Shown: positions 49,838-64,000 of the stretch, one piece after another
Position numbering within the stretch: position 1 is the stretch's first letter
How the letters are laid out: the number at the start of each line of letters is the position of its first letter
Assembly (NCBI GenBank): GCA_964016885.1
Contig: OZ024741.1
Span: 283,216,001-283,280,000, forward strand
DNA: 64,000 nt
Source: Eledone cirrhosa
Lineage: Eukaryota
Reading direction: 5' to 3'
Notes under the pieces: model-generated
What the model was told of the DNA's origin: nothing
Database searches by the model: none
The model's input: the letters and a program-made list of their open reading frames with translations, nothing else
Position numbers and translations under genes: made by a program

Positions 49838-50379
49838 TATATATTCGTTTTTAATAAATAAAAAATGTTCAAGTCAGATGTACCTGAATAAATAGCAATC
49901 ACACGATTGCCTCCCTTGAAAACCGCTAAACTAATAAACGAATTGCAATTTGTTTGGAATTTGCGTTCGCCATTTCGTACATCAGAATTTACCGTAAACC
50001 CAAGGTCTGCGTATGTGTATTTAGCAAGCGTCGGATTACATTGGTGCAGGACCAGTAGCATATTCTATAAAGAGGTGCTAAATGTTTAAAAGACAAAGGT
50101 TACAGACATTATAGAGGGGAAACTCCAGCACCCCTTGTCATGGTGTGCACGTCTTCTCTCTAAGCAGAGATAACCTGAAAAACAACTATCATACTCACAT
50201 ATACACATACATACATACCTATTTATATACATACATACATACACACATACACATAGGTACACACACACATACATCCATACATACATACATACATGATGGC
50301 TGCCCCCTCGTTATCGAGTATGGCCATTGCACAAAAAACATAACAATAATAACGACAATAATAATAATAATAATAATAA

Positions 50380-50715
<336 letters not shown>

Positions 50716-50726
50716 AATAATAATAA

Positions 50727-50912
50727 TTGTTTCTACTTTGGGCACAAGGCCAGCAATTACCCAGTACATTACTGGTACTTTATTTTATCGACCCCGTAAG
50801 GATGAAAGGCAAAGTTAACCTCGGCGGAATTTGAAGTCAGTCCGTAAAGGGACGTAACTGTGCTGCAAAGCATGGCGTCCGACCCTCTACCGATACTGCC
50901 AATCCACCGCCT
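50727..50912 (-). mobile_element. tRNA-derived SINE inserted in (AAT)n
   Basis: Full family sequence with B box; (AAT)n on both sides. Confidence 0.88.
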
Positions 50913-50947
50913 ATAATAATAATAGTAATAATAATAATAATAATAAT

Positions 50948-53900
50948 GATTTCTTTATTGGCCACAAGGGCTGACATCAAGAAAAACATTACAGACGGCA
51001 CAGGACGGTACAGGACGGTACGATGTGGGTTTTGTGCGTGTAAAGATTTTTATTATTTATATAAGAAAAGAAAAAAAAGAGATAGAAACATATATATATA
51101 TATAAACAATAAAAATGAAAATTGAAACAATGAAAAATTCCCCAATAGGGGGAAAACCTCCGAGGGTTACTCGTGGCGAAAACCACACAAAAGACCACGG
51201 CCACCCTGACCACCAGGGCAAGCGCCCTCTCTCAATTTTTCCATTTCTCAAACTACAGACGTATATTCAGAGCGGTCCCGTTCATTCGGACCATTCTCGC
51301 TACATTCACCCACCTTTCAACAAACTTGCTAGAAGGCAGCACTTGCCTCTCCACCCTTATTTTCCTCTTCAAGTGAAACTTGAAAAAGTTAATTAGGGAT
51401 TCGCTGAAGAGGAAAGCGTCTGTCTTTAACCCTTTCAACCTTGTCCACCACACAATCTCTTTCGCCATGGCCACCAGGCAGATGAAAACTGCCTGCCCTT
51501 CCTCCTCGAAGGAAGACGGCTAGACCATCTGCACAATGGACTCAGTCGATAACCGGATCAGTCCTACACGCGACAGCAACTGTTCGACATAGCTCCACAA
51601 GTCAGCAATGCTCGGACACTGAACGAGTGCGTGCACGACGGTTTCGTCGCTCTGCGCACATCTCGGACAGGTTCGACTGACGGCACTTCCGTGTCTGTAG
51701 AGCTTATCTCGAACCGGCAACGCTCCCCGGTAGCACTGCCAGGCCAGGGATTTTTGGAAGTTATCCATAGGCCCTGGGCTGAAAATTCTCCGGAAGAGAG
51801 CAAACAACTGATCTCTCCGAGAACGTCCTCGCCCTTCCCCTCCACTAGTCCTCTATAGAACGCCGAGGTGGATGTTTCACCGATACAGGTGCCCAGCTGG
51901 CAGAGGGCAGTGAGCGCCTGGAGACATTCCAGTTTCCAAGCGCTATCCCTTGGTCTTTTCCTGACCCAGGACTGCAGCTCTGTCAAGGAGATGAGCTGTG
52001 GGAAAACGTGCCTGGCGAACGGCGACCACACCTGTTCACCGTCAAGGAAGCACCAGAGATGTCGCAGCCTCAGCGCATGTTTGCGCATCTTCAGCCATGA
52101 CATGCCCAGTCCTCCACGCAACGGGTGTTGACAGCAGATGGATCGTCTGACCATGGGAGCGCGTCCCTTCCACAAAAAGCGGAGAGTTGGGCCGGGACAA
52201 GGGACGACGGTGAGGCGGTAGCAGATGACGGATGCGATGTACGCATTCGCCACCCCTGCTCAGCCTTTCAGTGACAGCTTCCTCTCGGCCCATTTCTGGG
52301 TGAGGGAGGCCACCTTGCTCGTCACTTCGCTCCAGTTTTTCTCCATCTGGAAGTCCGGTCCGAACCAGACCCCGAGCAATTTAAGCCGTCCGTCCAACGC
52401 CCCACGACGTGGTCGGACGGCATGGACATACCTCTCCAGGTGCCGAGCTGCAAGCCCACCGACTTTTCCTGGTTTATCTTTGCGCCTGTCACCGCTTCGT
52501 ATTCCTTGAGAGCGGTGCCGAGCATCTGGACGTGTCTGGTGCTCGACACCACACTACGGTGACGTCGTCGGCGTAAGCCGACTCGGATTTCCCGCATCCT
52601 AATTCGCGTGGGACGCCCCTCATCGCCCTCAGTTTGTGCAGTAACGGCTCGAGAGCCAATACGTACAAGAGGGACGAGAGGGAACAACCCTGGCGGATCT
52701 AGCGCATGATGCTGAACGGCTGCGACAGGTGACCGTTGACCCTCACAACTGAGCAGATGTCGCTGTACATCGCAGCGATCAAACCCCTGAAAACGGGCCC
52801 GAAACCGGCTGCCTCGAGGACCACCGCCAGGTACCGATGGTCGACCCTATCGAATGCTTTGGATTGATCCAAGTCGATCAGGGCCCCACCCGTGCCAGGT
52901 TCCTTAACCATCTTCTCTATGATGTATCGCATGAGGTGGAGGTTGTCGTGTATGGATCTGTCCGGAATGGCGCATGTCAGCGCCTCTCCCACCAGACCCT
53001 TGACGACAAGCGCCAACCTCGTTGCTAACACCTTGGCCAAAATCTTGTACTCTGCGTTTAGCAGAGTTATGGGCCTGAAGTTATCGATAACATCCCCCTT
53101 GTTAGGGTCTTTTCTTAGCAGCGCCACCGCTCCCCGGCTCACAAAACTGGGAATGCTCCCGTTCTGCTGCCAATTGCAGTAGACGTCTGCCAAGAGGTCA
53201 CCGAACAAGTCTGGCATAAATGCATAAAGCTCGTAGGGAAGACCATCCAAACCTGGCGATTTACCCCTCGTGCAGTTAGCCATCGCTTCCCGTATTTCAC
53301 CGGTTGTTATTGGCTTTTCGCAACACTGTGCTGCGGTCGTCGAGAGCCGAGGCAGTCCGTCGAGGTATGCACTGAAATCCATACCCTGATCCGGCCCGCC
53401 GCTGCTCCCGAACAGTTCAGCAAAGTGCTACTGAAAAGCTTCACACATCTGCTCGAGTTCGAGCAACACGCGCCCGTTTTGGTCAAATAAAGACCGAATT
53501 GTGGCTTTGTTGCCACGTCGCGCCTCTGCCACCCAGGCCCATTGGACGGCTTTTGTCCCCTCGTGTTTCAGAGCACGCGCTCTAGCTCTGACAACGCAGC
53601 CTTCGTGTTTTGCGTTGAAGAATTGGTCGAGTGCCAATCTCGCCGCAAGCACGTCGGTTGCGATGCCTGTCCTGAACGCCTCTTCTAGCTTTCTGACTAG
53701 CTCTCCCTCTACTCTATTTTCCTCTATCACTAGTCCTTTGCTAAACCTAATCGACTCTACTTTAATTGCCCTTTTCAGGTCGAACCACCACCTGTTGTTG
53801 ACGACCGCTCCCGTCAATGCCCGCTTAACTAATACGCTAATCCGGTCTCTGTAGGCTTTGCGCGCCGGGAAAGACGCGTTCAGCTTCCAGTAACCGGGCT

Positions 53901-56900
53901 CTGGTGTATGAAGTCTGTCTATGTCGATCTCACAGATCAAAAATTTGTGGTCTGTGTAGACGACTATTTTAAATTGTGGACAACTTATACTAGCCTTATT
54001 CAGTTCTCTGCAGAATATCCTATCGAGATACGATCTGGATGACCCGATACGGTTTGTCCATGTCCACATTGGCACATTCGGGTGATCCAGTCGATACCTG
54101 TCAGACAGTTCAAAACGTCTTAGCAGGTTGGTGAGGCTCTTGCACCCTCCTCCCCTATCCCAGCGTGCATCCAAGATACCGTTCCAGTCGCCCACTAACA
54201 CTAAAAAGCAGGACGTTCCAAGAAAGGTTTCTAGACGTCTAAAAAAATCTGGCCGTCCTGTCCCTGTCAGGGCATAGGCGGCTACTAGCCTGAAAGCGTT
54301 GCCTTCGGTGCCGCTTAAGTCCAGCACCACCGACTTACCTTCTGGGTCCAGGAAGATGGTCCGTATGGCGAGACCAAAGCCTTTCCAAAACAACACAGCC
54401 ACTCCGCTCCCCACTCCTGGACGGCTCGGAGATGCGTACACCTCGTAACCGTCGAAGATCGGTGCGAAAGCTTGCGTTTCGGAGATTCTCGTCTCGCTGA
54501 TGGCCACCACATCTATGTTTAGTGACCTGAGGTCGTTAAGCAAGTGACCCTGCTTCCAAACCGAGCTCAAGCCCCGCACATTTACACTTCCGATCCTGAA
54601 TACTGCCATGTTGGGTGAGGAACGGGGCAAGTGAGAAAGGATCACTTACCTTGATCGTCTGGTGAAGGGACCGTTGAATCGTCCCTTCGGCTGGTTGTCG
54701 GCTCTTCTGTGAGTATATCCAGGTATACTCTCCGCTTGAGTGTCCTTCCTAGGTCTCTGAAATCACCAACTGCGTTGGGGAATTTCATTTTAATGTTTGT
54801 GTATTGTTTCTGTGATATTCTTACCAGTCTTATGTTCGTTGGTGTTTTGATTGGTGCTGGTATTAAGTAGTCGTGCTGTGAAATGTCTGTGTGTTCAATT
54901 ATGTAAGTCATAAGTTTCTTGTTGTGTGTATTTATTGCTGTGCATTTCTTTTTCTGGGGGTGGGGGGGGGGGGGGGGGGTTCTGCTATTTTCTTGTCGTT
55001 GTTGCTGGGTGTGTGTGTTTTGTTGTGTTTGCGATGGTGGTGGTGTTGTTGAAGGTGTTGTTGTTGTTGGTGGTGTGGTTGCCGCCGGTGGTGATGGTAG
55101 TGCTAGTGTGGGTGGTGATGGTGTTGGTGGTGTTGCTGCTGTAAGTCTCTTTGCAGTAGCCTTTACCCTTTTTTCATTTCTTCCCTCCCTTTTCGAAGGC
55201 GACGATGCGCTGCCTCTGCGTTTGTGCCTTCTTGCAACCTTTTGCCATCCCTCTCCCACCTCACATTCCATGTCCGATTCTGTGAGGTCGGGGAGGGGTA
55301 CCAGCTCCACTCTTTCACTTGTTCTTGTTGGTGATGGTTGCAGTGGAGTCTCTGTTGCAGCTGCAGTTGGTATTACTGTTGTTGTTAATACTTCCACTGC
55401 TGCTGCTGTTCTTGATTTCCGAGGCGTGGGTATGGGTGCCACGGACCTATCCTTCCTGCTTGCCGCCTGTCCTGTTGCTGGTAGCAGTGGAGCCGGTTTC
55501 GGAAGGAGGGGGGTTTTCTCCTTTCTCGGGGTCTTCTCATTGCAGAAGGCCCTGGGGTGAGTCTTCGACCCACAGCGAAAGCATTTCGGGCGTTTGCCCT
55601 CAACACTTATGGGAAGTTGAGTGCCGTTATCGAAGTCTATCACATCCGGGATAGCTTTGATGCACTCCTGGTTGGTTTGAATTAGCATCTCAATGGAGGC
55701 GCCGACCCAATCTTCTCGTACTTTTTTCTGTACTTGCAGTACGGTTGTTTTGTCCTCGATTCCGACGAGGACAGACGCGGCCAGCCGAGGGGGACTTGGG
55801 TAAGTTTGACCCTCACAATTTTTTGCCCGCAGTAGGAGGGTACCAACACTATTTCCTCGCTCCTTAGGGTCACTAAGGATTGAGCCTTTACCTCCTGGGG
55901 TGTGGCAAAAAGCACGTCCACGGTGTCATATTTCTTGCCTCGAGTGATATGTGTTTTCCGCTGCCACACAGACCCTAAGGCTTTGAGCCTCTGTGGCTCT
56001 TTCAACCCTATGTGATTTTGTGCTTACTGTACGGTACGTGACCGTACAGTGCTGTTGGATTTCGAAAAATTCTTCGGCTGCCTTGCAGATTGCTCGGTGT
56101 CCGGTTTTCGCCACCATCTTCTTTGCTTCCTCATTTGTTATAAGGATGGTTTCCAGGTTTTTTTTTGATACCTGCAAACGAGATTGGTTTTTCTTTGTTG
56201 TTGTTGTTGTTGTTGTTGTCGTCAGAGCTGCTGTTACTTTTGTTGTTGCTGCTGGTACTACGACCGCCGCCGCCGCTGTTGCTGTTGTTGTTGTTGTTGC
56301 TGTTGCTGTCGCTGTTGTTGTTGTTGCTGTTGTTGCGGCTGCTGCTGTTGCGGCTGCTACTAGTATTTTCCTCGCCACTGTTGCTGCTGCTGTTGTTATC
56401 ACGGCTGCTGCTGCTATTCTTCATGACGTCAGACGAATGAAATGGCTTTCCGTATTTACCGCACACATCTTTCGTCGTTGTCGTCGTCGTGGAGGAATGT
56501 TCCACGGTACGCGCATTCTCTTGATGAAGAACGCTACGAGAAACTACATTTTTCTTTTTCTTTAATGGCGTCGCTTGCGAAAGAGGCGACAGAGGCGACA
56601 CCACATTTAGAGATGGGAGGGAGAGAGACAATCTTTTCTCTGAGGTAATGACGATTGGAAAAGAAGAAGACGGAAGGAGTGGGAGTGACTTGTGAAAACT
56701 CTTTTTTGTAGCCATGTTTTTTTTTACGGTTTAAAATTAATAATGGGCACAAAACCCCAATAACTGGTTATTTAACCCCGAAGGGCCAAATAACGGGCAG
56801 AAAGACCCCTTTCACGAGGAGGAGGGTGTCTTTATCTACAATTTGGTTCAAGTTTTAAACAATTTACAATTGTTATAACGGTTAAAAATTACTATACCTT

Positions 56901-56931
56901 ACAGAGCCGAGCCTCCGTCAACCATGGCATT
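50948..56931 (-). mobile_element. Full-length, disrupted Tx1/L1-clade LINE (ORF1 with zinc knuckle; ORF2 APE-RT-CCHC)
   Basis: ORF1 pieces 54642-56402 with CFRCGSKTHPRAFC. ORF2 from ATG 54609: SVNVRGL, ISETR, GDWNG, YLDRI, TDHK, KSPGLDGLP, FRPITLLN, LDQSKAFDRV, CPRC...ETVVHALVQC. AATAAA plus (ATT)n tail; (AAT)n at both ends. Confidence 0.93.
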
Positions 56932-56968
56932 TAATAATAATAATAATAATAAAAATAATAATAATAAT

Positions 56969-59514
56969 ATGAGAACAGAGTCAGTCACTATAAACAGAAC
57001 CGCATGTTTGACAAAAACCAGATGATGTTGATTGGACAACTTGAAGGGAAAGAAAGAGGCAACGACGTGATCCCTGAGGTGGAACAGACTAAGACATTCT
57101 GGAGAGGAATATGGGAGCAGGATGTTGAACATAATAGTCAGGCAGTGTGGATTGAGACAGTTCAAAAGGAGATTAGTAAACAGGCACACCAACAACCTGA
57201 TTTGAGTATCACAGTTGAAACTCTTAAAGGGCAGGCCAAAAAACTAACCAACTGGAAATCACCAGGCCCAGATGGTGTGCAAGGGTATTGGATTAAAAAC
57301 ATAACATCCCGCCACTCGAAACTGACAACCATGTTCAATGACTGCTTGATGTCGGGTGAGATACCAGAGTGGTTGACAAAAGGTACCACAGTTCTGGTAA
57401 TGAAAGACCGAATCAAGGGTAATGATGTTACCAACTATAGGCCCATCACATGTCTGTCCGTAATGTGGAAACTATTAACAAGCATTGTGTCTGAAGAAAT
57501 CTACCATCACCTCCACATAAACAACTTGCTACCGGACGAAAAGAAAGGATGCCGAAAGAAGTCCCGTTGTACAAAAGACCAGTTACTTATTGATAAGATG
57601 GTAATGAGGAATTGCAAGGGGGGGGCACACACTGGTCTTGCTATGGGATGGATAGATTACAAAAAGGCATTCGACATGGTACCTCGATCTTGGATAACCA
57701 AAAGCCTAGAGATCTTCAAGGTGGCAGATAACATCAGACAGTTGTTGAGCAAAAGTATGAAGTCCTGGGAAACAGAGTTAACATCAGCTGGAGAATCTTG
57801 GGAGGCGTGAAGATCAAGAGATGTATCTTACAGGGAGATAGTTTGTCTCCTTTGCTGTTTGTCCTTGTCCTGATACCCCTGACCGTTATATTGCGAAAAG
57901 TGAGAGCAGGATACAAGTTGGGAAAAGGAGAGCTCACCATCAAACACCTCATCTTCATGGACGATCTTAAACTCTTTGGGAAGAGTGAGAAGGAGTTGGA
58001 TGTACTGGTTGACACTGTCCGTATTTTCAGCAATGATATATGTATGGAATTTGGTGTTAATAAGTGTGGAGTTCTATTTCTAGTGATAAAGAGGAGTAAA
58101 TTGAGCAGAAACAACGGAATCCAGGTACCAACAGGTGAGATGATAAAGGAAATTGACACTGAGGAGGGATACAAATATTTAGGTGTTCTGGAGGCAGATG
58201 ACATCAAGAACAAAAAAATGAAGGAATTGATAAGATCTGAGTACATAAGGAGAGTAAGGAGCGTATTAAAATCACATCTAAATAGTAAGAATGTCATAAG
58301 TGCAGTAAATTCCCGAGCTGTGTCTATTATTAGGTACTATTATTAGGTATTATTATTGTGTCAGGTCACCAGTTGGTGCTACTGGTAACATGTATCCCAG
58401 TATAACCTGTCTCATGGTCGGGTCGTTGGCGACTAAACTGGCAACCCCACCAAGATTTCTTGGTGAGGAGGGTGACTTTGGACATCCTGCAGGACTAAAA
58501 ACAAAACCTGTCAAAGGGCAAAGGAACTCCTGGGAGCTCTTATGAGCTCTTGGAGTCAATGGCCATCCAAAACCAGCACGGCCCGCCGAAAGGCGCTGCA
58601 GTGCCGGAAAAGTCAACTTCCTGCTACTAGTATGCTGGTAAGCTAGTACAACGTATCTCCAGACGGATAGAGTGGGTCCGTAGCTTTGGTTAGCGACTAC
58701 TCTAGTGCTTTCAACACGAACAATTAGGGCGAGGGTATAAATGCCAGGTTGGTATCTGGCGCCGTGTAACCCACCACACGGAGGAGAAAGCACCTTCTTC
58801 AAGACTTGGCTGTCAAATTCTTTCACATGTGTGTAGTAGTGGCGCCCACACACATTATTAGCTATTTGAAAAGATGATGGATTTCGCAACTGACTGCACC
58901 AGGGTTCCTGTTCCTCGGGGAACCGCACTATATGGGGACAGGGAATTCTGAGGCATGAGAGTGAGATCCATCATCTCGACAGTAGTCGAAGAATGATGAT
59001 GATGATGATTAGGTACAGTGCGGGAATTCTGAAATGGAATGTTGCTGAACAAAAAGAAATTGATAGGAAGACTAGGAAGCTATTGACTATCTACAACATG
59101 TTCCACAAGAGGAGTGATGTCGATAGACTCTACTTAAAGAGATCTGAAGGTGAAAGAGGTCTTATCAGCATAGAGGACTGTGTTCAGATGGAGAAAAACA
59201 ACCTGCACAAATACGTGACTGACAGTAGGGAGCTAATGCTCAAAATTGTACTGAAGGAGAGGACAATAGACCAGGGGATGACCAAGGAGGAAATAACAAC
59301 AAGGAGGAAATAACAACAAGGAGGAAGAGCGACCTTAATGAAAAATCCCTTCATAGTACCTTCTTTAGGAAAACGGAATTTAGAGATCCACAGACATGGA
59401 ACTGGTTAAAAAGAGGAGACCTTAAAAAATCTACAGAAGGAATGCAAGCCCTCAGAACGAAGTGGATGAAACACCATATTTACAAGGAGGAGGCTAGCTC
59501 ACTGAGTAGGATCT

Positions 59515-59586
<72 letters not shown>

Positions 59587-60210
59587 CTGTGGGTCACATT
59601 GTATCCGAGTGTAAACACCTAGCCCCGACTCATTATAAAGGCTGGAGACATGATGTGATAGGCAGGGTGATCCACTGGCATCTATGCAAAGTAAACAATT
59701 TACCACATTCTGAGAAGTGGTATGAGCATAAGGCAGAGTCGGTGATAGAAAACGATCAGGTGAAGGTGCTATGGGATTTTAGGATACAGATGGACAAGAA
59801 GTTAGAACACAATAGGCCTGACCTGGTGGTTTTGGACAAGGAAAACAGATCGTGCCTGATTGTAGATGTAGCCTGCCCATTTGACACAAGAGTGCAAGAA
59901 AAGGAGAGGGAGAAAATTAACCGATACCAGGACTTAAAGTGGGAGTTAAAAAGGATTTGGAACTGCCATGAAATCAAGGTCATCCCGATTGTCATAGGCG
60001 CACTAGGTACTATCTCAAAGAGTTTCCAAGGATTGTTAAAGAAGATTAGTCCAGTCCCGCTTTTTGGAACACTTCGAAAGGTATGCTTGCTGGGAACAGC
60101 AAGAACCCTCCGATACGTCCTGAATATCTGTGGCTGCAGGTAGCAGCTTGATATTCATTTCAACAAACTTTCCAGTTAAATAATATCAATGATTGAGACT
60201 CAAAGAACAA
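56969..60210 (+). mobile_element. 5'-truncated R4/Dong-clade LINE (RT + restriction-like endonuclease)
   Basis: WKSPGPDG, YRPITCL, WIDYKKAFD, QGDSLSPLLF, FMDDLKL; CCHC + RHD + RPDLVV...IVDVACPFD...KE.EK..RY. Flanked by (TAA)n, the known Dong target. Confidence 0.92.
58338..59007 (+). mobile_element. 670-bp non-autonomous retroposon with RTE-type tail nested in the Dong element
   Basis: TSD attaggtac at 58329-58337 and 59008-59016; removing the insert restores Dong VSIIRYSAG; 3' stem-loop tcgacagtagtcga plus (TGA)n tail. Confidence 0.85.
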
Positions 60211-60557
60211 TAATAATAACACTATTAATAATTATTAATGAATGCACTCGTGCAATGTCTGTGCGTGAAGAATATTTTTAAAGTGAGGAAAGACTGTGCA
60301 CTGAGCCAATCCCACTCTCTGAGCGACAGTAGCTATAACCCGAAAAGATAAAAGATCAACATCATCGGTAACTACTAAGCCGCAGGTTATATGTCGGAGT
60401 TAACCCAGTTTCCTGAGATGCCTTCTCCTAGAAGAATGCCCTGACAAGGGCTAGGGGTCCTTCACTCCAAGTAGTTCTGCGCGATCGATCGTATCCAGCC
60501 CGATTATTTCTGTCCCCGCGCATGAAAAAGAACTCACTTAATGACCCTTATACATGC

Positions 60558-60635
<78 letters not shown>

Positions 60636-61012
60636 TACATGCATACATAAATGGTGGCTGCCAACTCGTTTTCGAGTACGGCCACTACTTTATATCCATG
60701 TAGGAGAACCCCTACCGATGCGCTGAACGAGTGTGACTTTTTAGTCCAGCCAGCGACTTGAAAACTCTGGTACAAACACTACACCTGTGACAATTACTGA
60801 CACATAGTGCTGGGCTCATGGTACCATGTGATGACAAGTGCAGAGAGATCTCCAGATATAAAGCAATGCCTGTGCCGTGAAGCTTTTATAGTGAGCAAAG
60901 GCACTGCACAAAGCCAGTCCCACTCTCTTAACCAAGATGATATTTACCAAAAAGAAGAACAAGTCAACATCATTGGATACCATCAGGGTTGAAAGTGTTA
61001 TATCAGAATTTT

Positions 61013-61258
61013 CCACTGGGAGTTGCGACCGTCACAAAGGGACGCAACTCCTATCCGTATCTGCCACTGGGAGTCGCGACCGTCACAAAGGGACGTAACT
61101 CCTATACGTGCTGAGTTACAGCCGTAAGGGGCTACAGTTACCTTCGGGCTTTTCGCCTAGCGTCTGGAGGAGGGTACTGTAGCGGCCCCTTACGGCTGTA
61201 ACTCAGCACGTATAGGAGTTGCGTCCCTTTGTGACGGTCGCGACTCCCAGTGGCAGAT
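61013..61258. repeat. Near-perfect GC-rich hairpin (arms 61059-61142 and 61173-61258) plus a 46-bp direct duplicate (61013-61058)
   Basis: atctgccactgggagtcgcgaccgtcacaaaggg...gctacagt pairs with actgtagc...cccagtggcagat. Confidence 0.92.
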
Positions 61259-64000
61259 CCATGTACTAAATGGTGTTGCATACCCCTGGGGACTATATAT
61301 TTGAGAATGTGAGGTAATTCTCTCTCACTTCCTTCGCCCGCAACAAGAACACCCCAGACCTTGTCAAGAGATGACTCCTGTCTCACTTCCTGCGACGGCA
61401 GCCTAAAGAAACACTTGAACCTTACCAAGAGAAGATTTCTGTTCTTCTCCACACACTCCAGTCTGGGAGTTGTGACCAACTGACCATCAACATGTGGTAA
61501 CAATTATTTATATCAATTTATTTGACTTCTGTGAAGTAAAACCATGTCACAACACTCACCTGCAATTATTGTCATTCTTAAATATATATATATACACTGA
61601 TACTAATATCCTAAAGGTTAACCTTTTACAATTAGAAGTCATGTTTTGCGTACAAAGCACGTCCCTATCTCTTGTCTGTATAGGTATCCTCTTCTAAAGC
61701 AGCCAGATGTCATTCGGAGATCAGTATGTGCGAAGAGATTTCGCTACAAATCTCCCTAAAAATTGCGTTAATGGTACACATGTCTGTGGAATGTTCAGCC
61801 ATATGCACGTTAATTTCATGGGTAGGCTGTCCCATTACTCGAACAAGTGGAACATTCATCGTCGGTTTCGACGGAGGTACATTCCAGTTTCGGATAGATG
61901 GAAGAGTATTTTTTTTTTATTATTTCTTCTATTTTTTTTAATGACAACTGCGATAACTCGGACGCAACAGACACCCAATCAGCAAAAGGAAAATCAGTCG
62001 CTGAAATTGACACAAAATTGACAGAATTATTTAACGACCTGTTAGAAATAGCAGTCAAATATTTCCCCCTCGCTACTTTTTAAAACAGTGATCGTCACGA
62101 CTGTAATGCCATTGACCAACATATGACGTTGTTTTGGTTGCTCAGGTCTGATTTGAAGATAAAAGTAAATAACAGCAATATCTATCTACATTGTAATTCC
62201 ATTTGCTATAAATAGCAGCCAAATTACGAATTGCGAAGGCCAATTAGCTGTGACACATGTAACGTAACCTCTTGTATGTTATCTTCGTAGTAAGAGATTA
62301 ACAGAATGTTTTTCAGTTTTTATTACATTTTTACATCTAGGCTTATAGTTTATGTAAACATGTCTACATACATCAAATTTAACCTATATTTTCTAACATA
62401 CGCTATGTTGTGTATATAAGTGTATTGCTCCTTTTCGGGGTGCAAACGTTCAGAATTTTCTGACATGAAATTTTTTTTGGGGGGAGGGAGCTGCTCTCCC
62501 GCCATTATGCCACTGGTTGTGCATAAATATATATTATTTGATTTTCTCGGCGGAGCTCTTCTGCTAGAGAACGGATCGCAGGTGGCAGATAGCGATGCGG
62601 CCACCAGATATGATGGCTAGTTGCAATATAAGCGGGAAACTGCCGGACCAACAACGGTAAAGTACTAGGGGAGATGGAGCAATGGGTGACACCTGTAGCT
62701 TCCCAGAAAGCTCTCACAACCTAGTGACGTAGCTACGACGAGGCAAGTAAAGGCTGCCTAAAAAGAAGCCTTGTCTTTGCGGGTTTGACAAAATACCAGC
62801 TTCGTGACTGGCGCGAATAAGACTGTACAGCTACCGGAAATAACATCTGTTCTTACCAGTGAAATAAACAACTCTTCTATCTGCTTATCTAACTACCCCA
62901 CCCCAGTGAAACAAACAACCCTTAAGCCACCAAAATAAAACGCCTACGCAGCGGCTAAATATCAAACGATTATTTTTGTATAAATAGAGTGGTTCCAAAC
63001 ACTTTCAGCAGTCGACCTTTAGCAAAGTCAGCTCGCGTATCGTTGTTCCTCTCCCCTGCCACACTTGTCGCTCACATACGCCTTGACCCTCTGTATTGTC
63101 GCTTCATGTATGAAAATAAATAGTGAACGAAACTACATCTCTTGCCTACTCGTCCTTTCAACCTCTTCTTTCGTCTGTTCATCCTTACCGTATGCGGTAA
63201 CAGTTCTTTTAAGGGCTATTCTCAGATCCGATCAGAAGTAGTGACCAGACCGACTAACCACGCCGCTACAAGACCACTGAAACTGAAACCGCACCGTCCG
63301 TTGCGCGGCTTAACGAGGGACGCCTTAAGTAGGGGGGGGGCCTGTTCGAAAAATATATTGCAGTTTCCATTTCATGCTGCAAAAACTAGCTATTGGCCTG
63401 CGTCATGTTCTGGAAGGTGTGGGATGGACACACAATGTTTGCATATCCCGAGACCCCAAAGAAAGTCCGAAAAGGAGCAAACCTATATTATTTGAGGATA
63501 TACAAAATAGAGTAAAAGAGATGCAGTAAATCCTTGGTTTAATGAACCCTGATTTAATGGATTTCGCATTTAGCTGATAAAATAATAACTAAAGTAACAC
63601 TGACCTACAGGCAATCTTCACACATACGCGCGCGCATTTGTGTGTCCGAGTGTGACTATGTGTATCTACGAGCATCTGTCAGTGTTTGCGTGTTTGTCAA
63701 TGTGTGTTTGTGCGTGCATTTATGTCAATGTGTGTCCGTGTCTATTTGTCTGTGTGGGTGTTTATGCGTCTGGTTGAAAATTATTCTAACCGTAGCCAAC
63801 GAAGAAAATGCTAGAGAATTTGACTGTTATTTCTAGAGATTTGAAAACCTACCTCATTGGCAAAACGATTTGTACAAGGGAGATAACTTTCACATTTTTT
63901 TCTCTCTGTGTTATTTCTGTGATCTCTTCCTCTCCGCCCACCTATTCATGAGAGGGTCGTGGGGGAAGAGACCTCAAACACACCTTCCAGCGGGTCCCGT

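Noticed and set aside
59517-59582. In-frame poly-RE tract as a functional domain
   Set aside because: A (GA)n expansion inside the zinc finger of an already disrupted Dong copy.
62400-63500. CpG-richer stretch with CTCF-like (cgcaggtggcag), CRE-like and ETS-like motifs as a promoter
   Set aside because: Short motifs can occur by chance or in DNA-transposon relics; no linked exon could be identified in the window.

Overview
AT-rich, microsatellite-dense animal DNA. The repeat content (RTE LINEs with (GAT)n tails, tRNA-derived SINEs, (TA)n and (AAT)n tracts) suggests a coleoid cephalopod, probably an octopus; this is inference. Two host genes lie on the minus strand: an intronless TMEM63/OSCA-family channel (23114-25261) and a 3-coding-exon TMEM127 (36126-45319) with a long PY-motif-rich N-terminal extension. 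The rest is mostly mobile DNA: RTE, Tx1/L1 and R4/Dong LINEs, SINEs, DNA-transposon relics, hammerhead-ribozyme-bearing Penelope-like relics, and two tRNA-Trp-primed Gypsy (CsRn1-like) LTR elements. The most unusual object is the TSD-flanked insertion at 11550-16638. It fuses termini of two different LTR families through two head-to-head cDNA copies of the tRNA-Trp primer, each with a lesion exactly at m1A58. It forms a 613-bp-arm palindrome, and it appears to have been re-mobilised with a composite LTR antisense to its own pol gene. Coordinates were counted by eye, and boundaries of old repeats are approximate.
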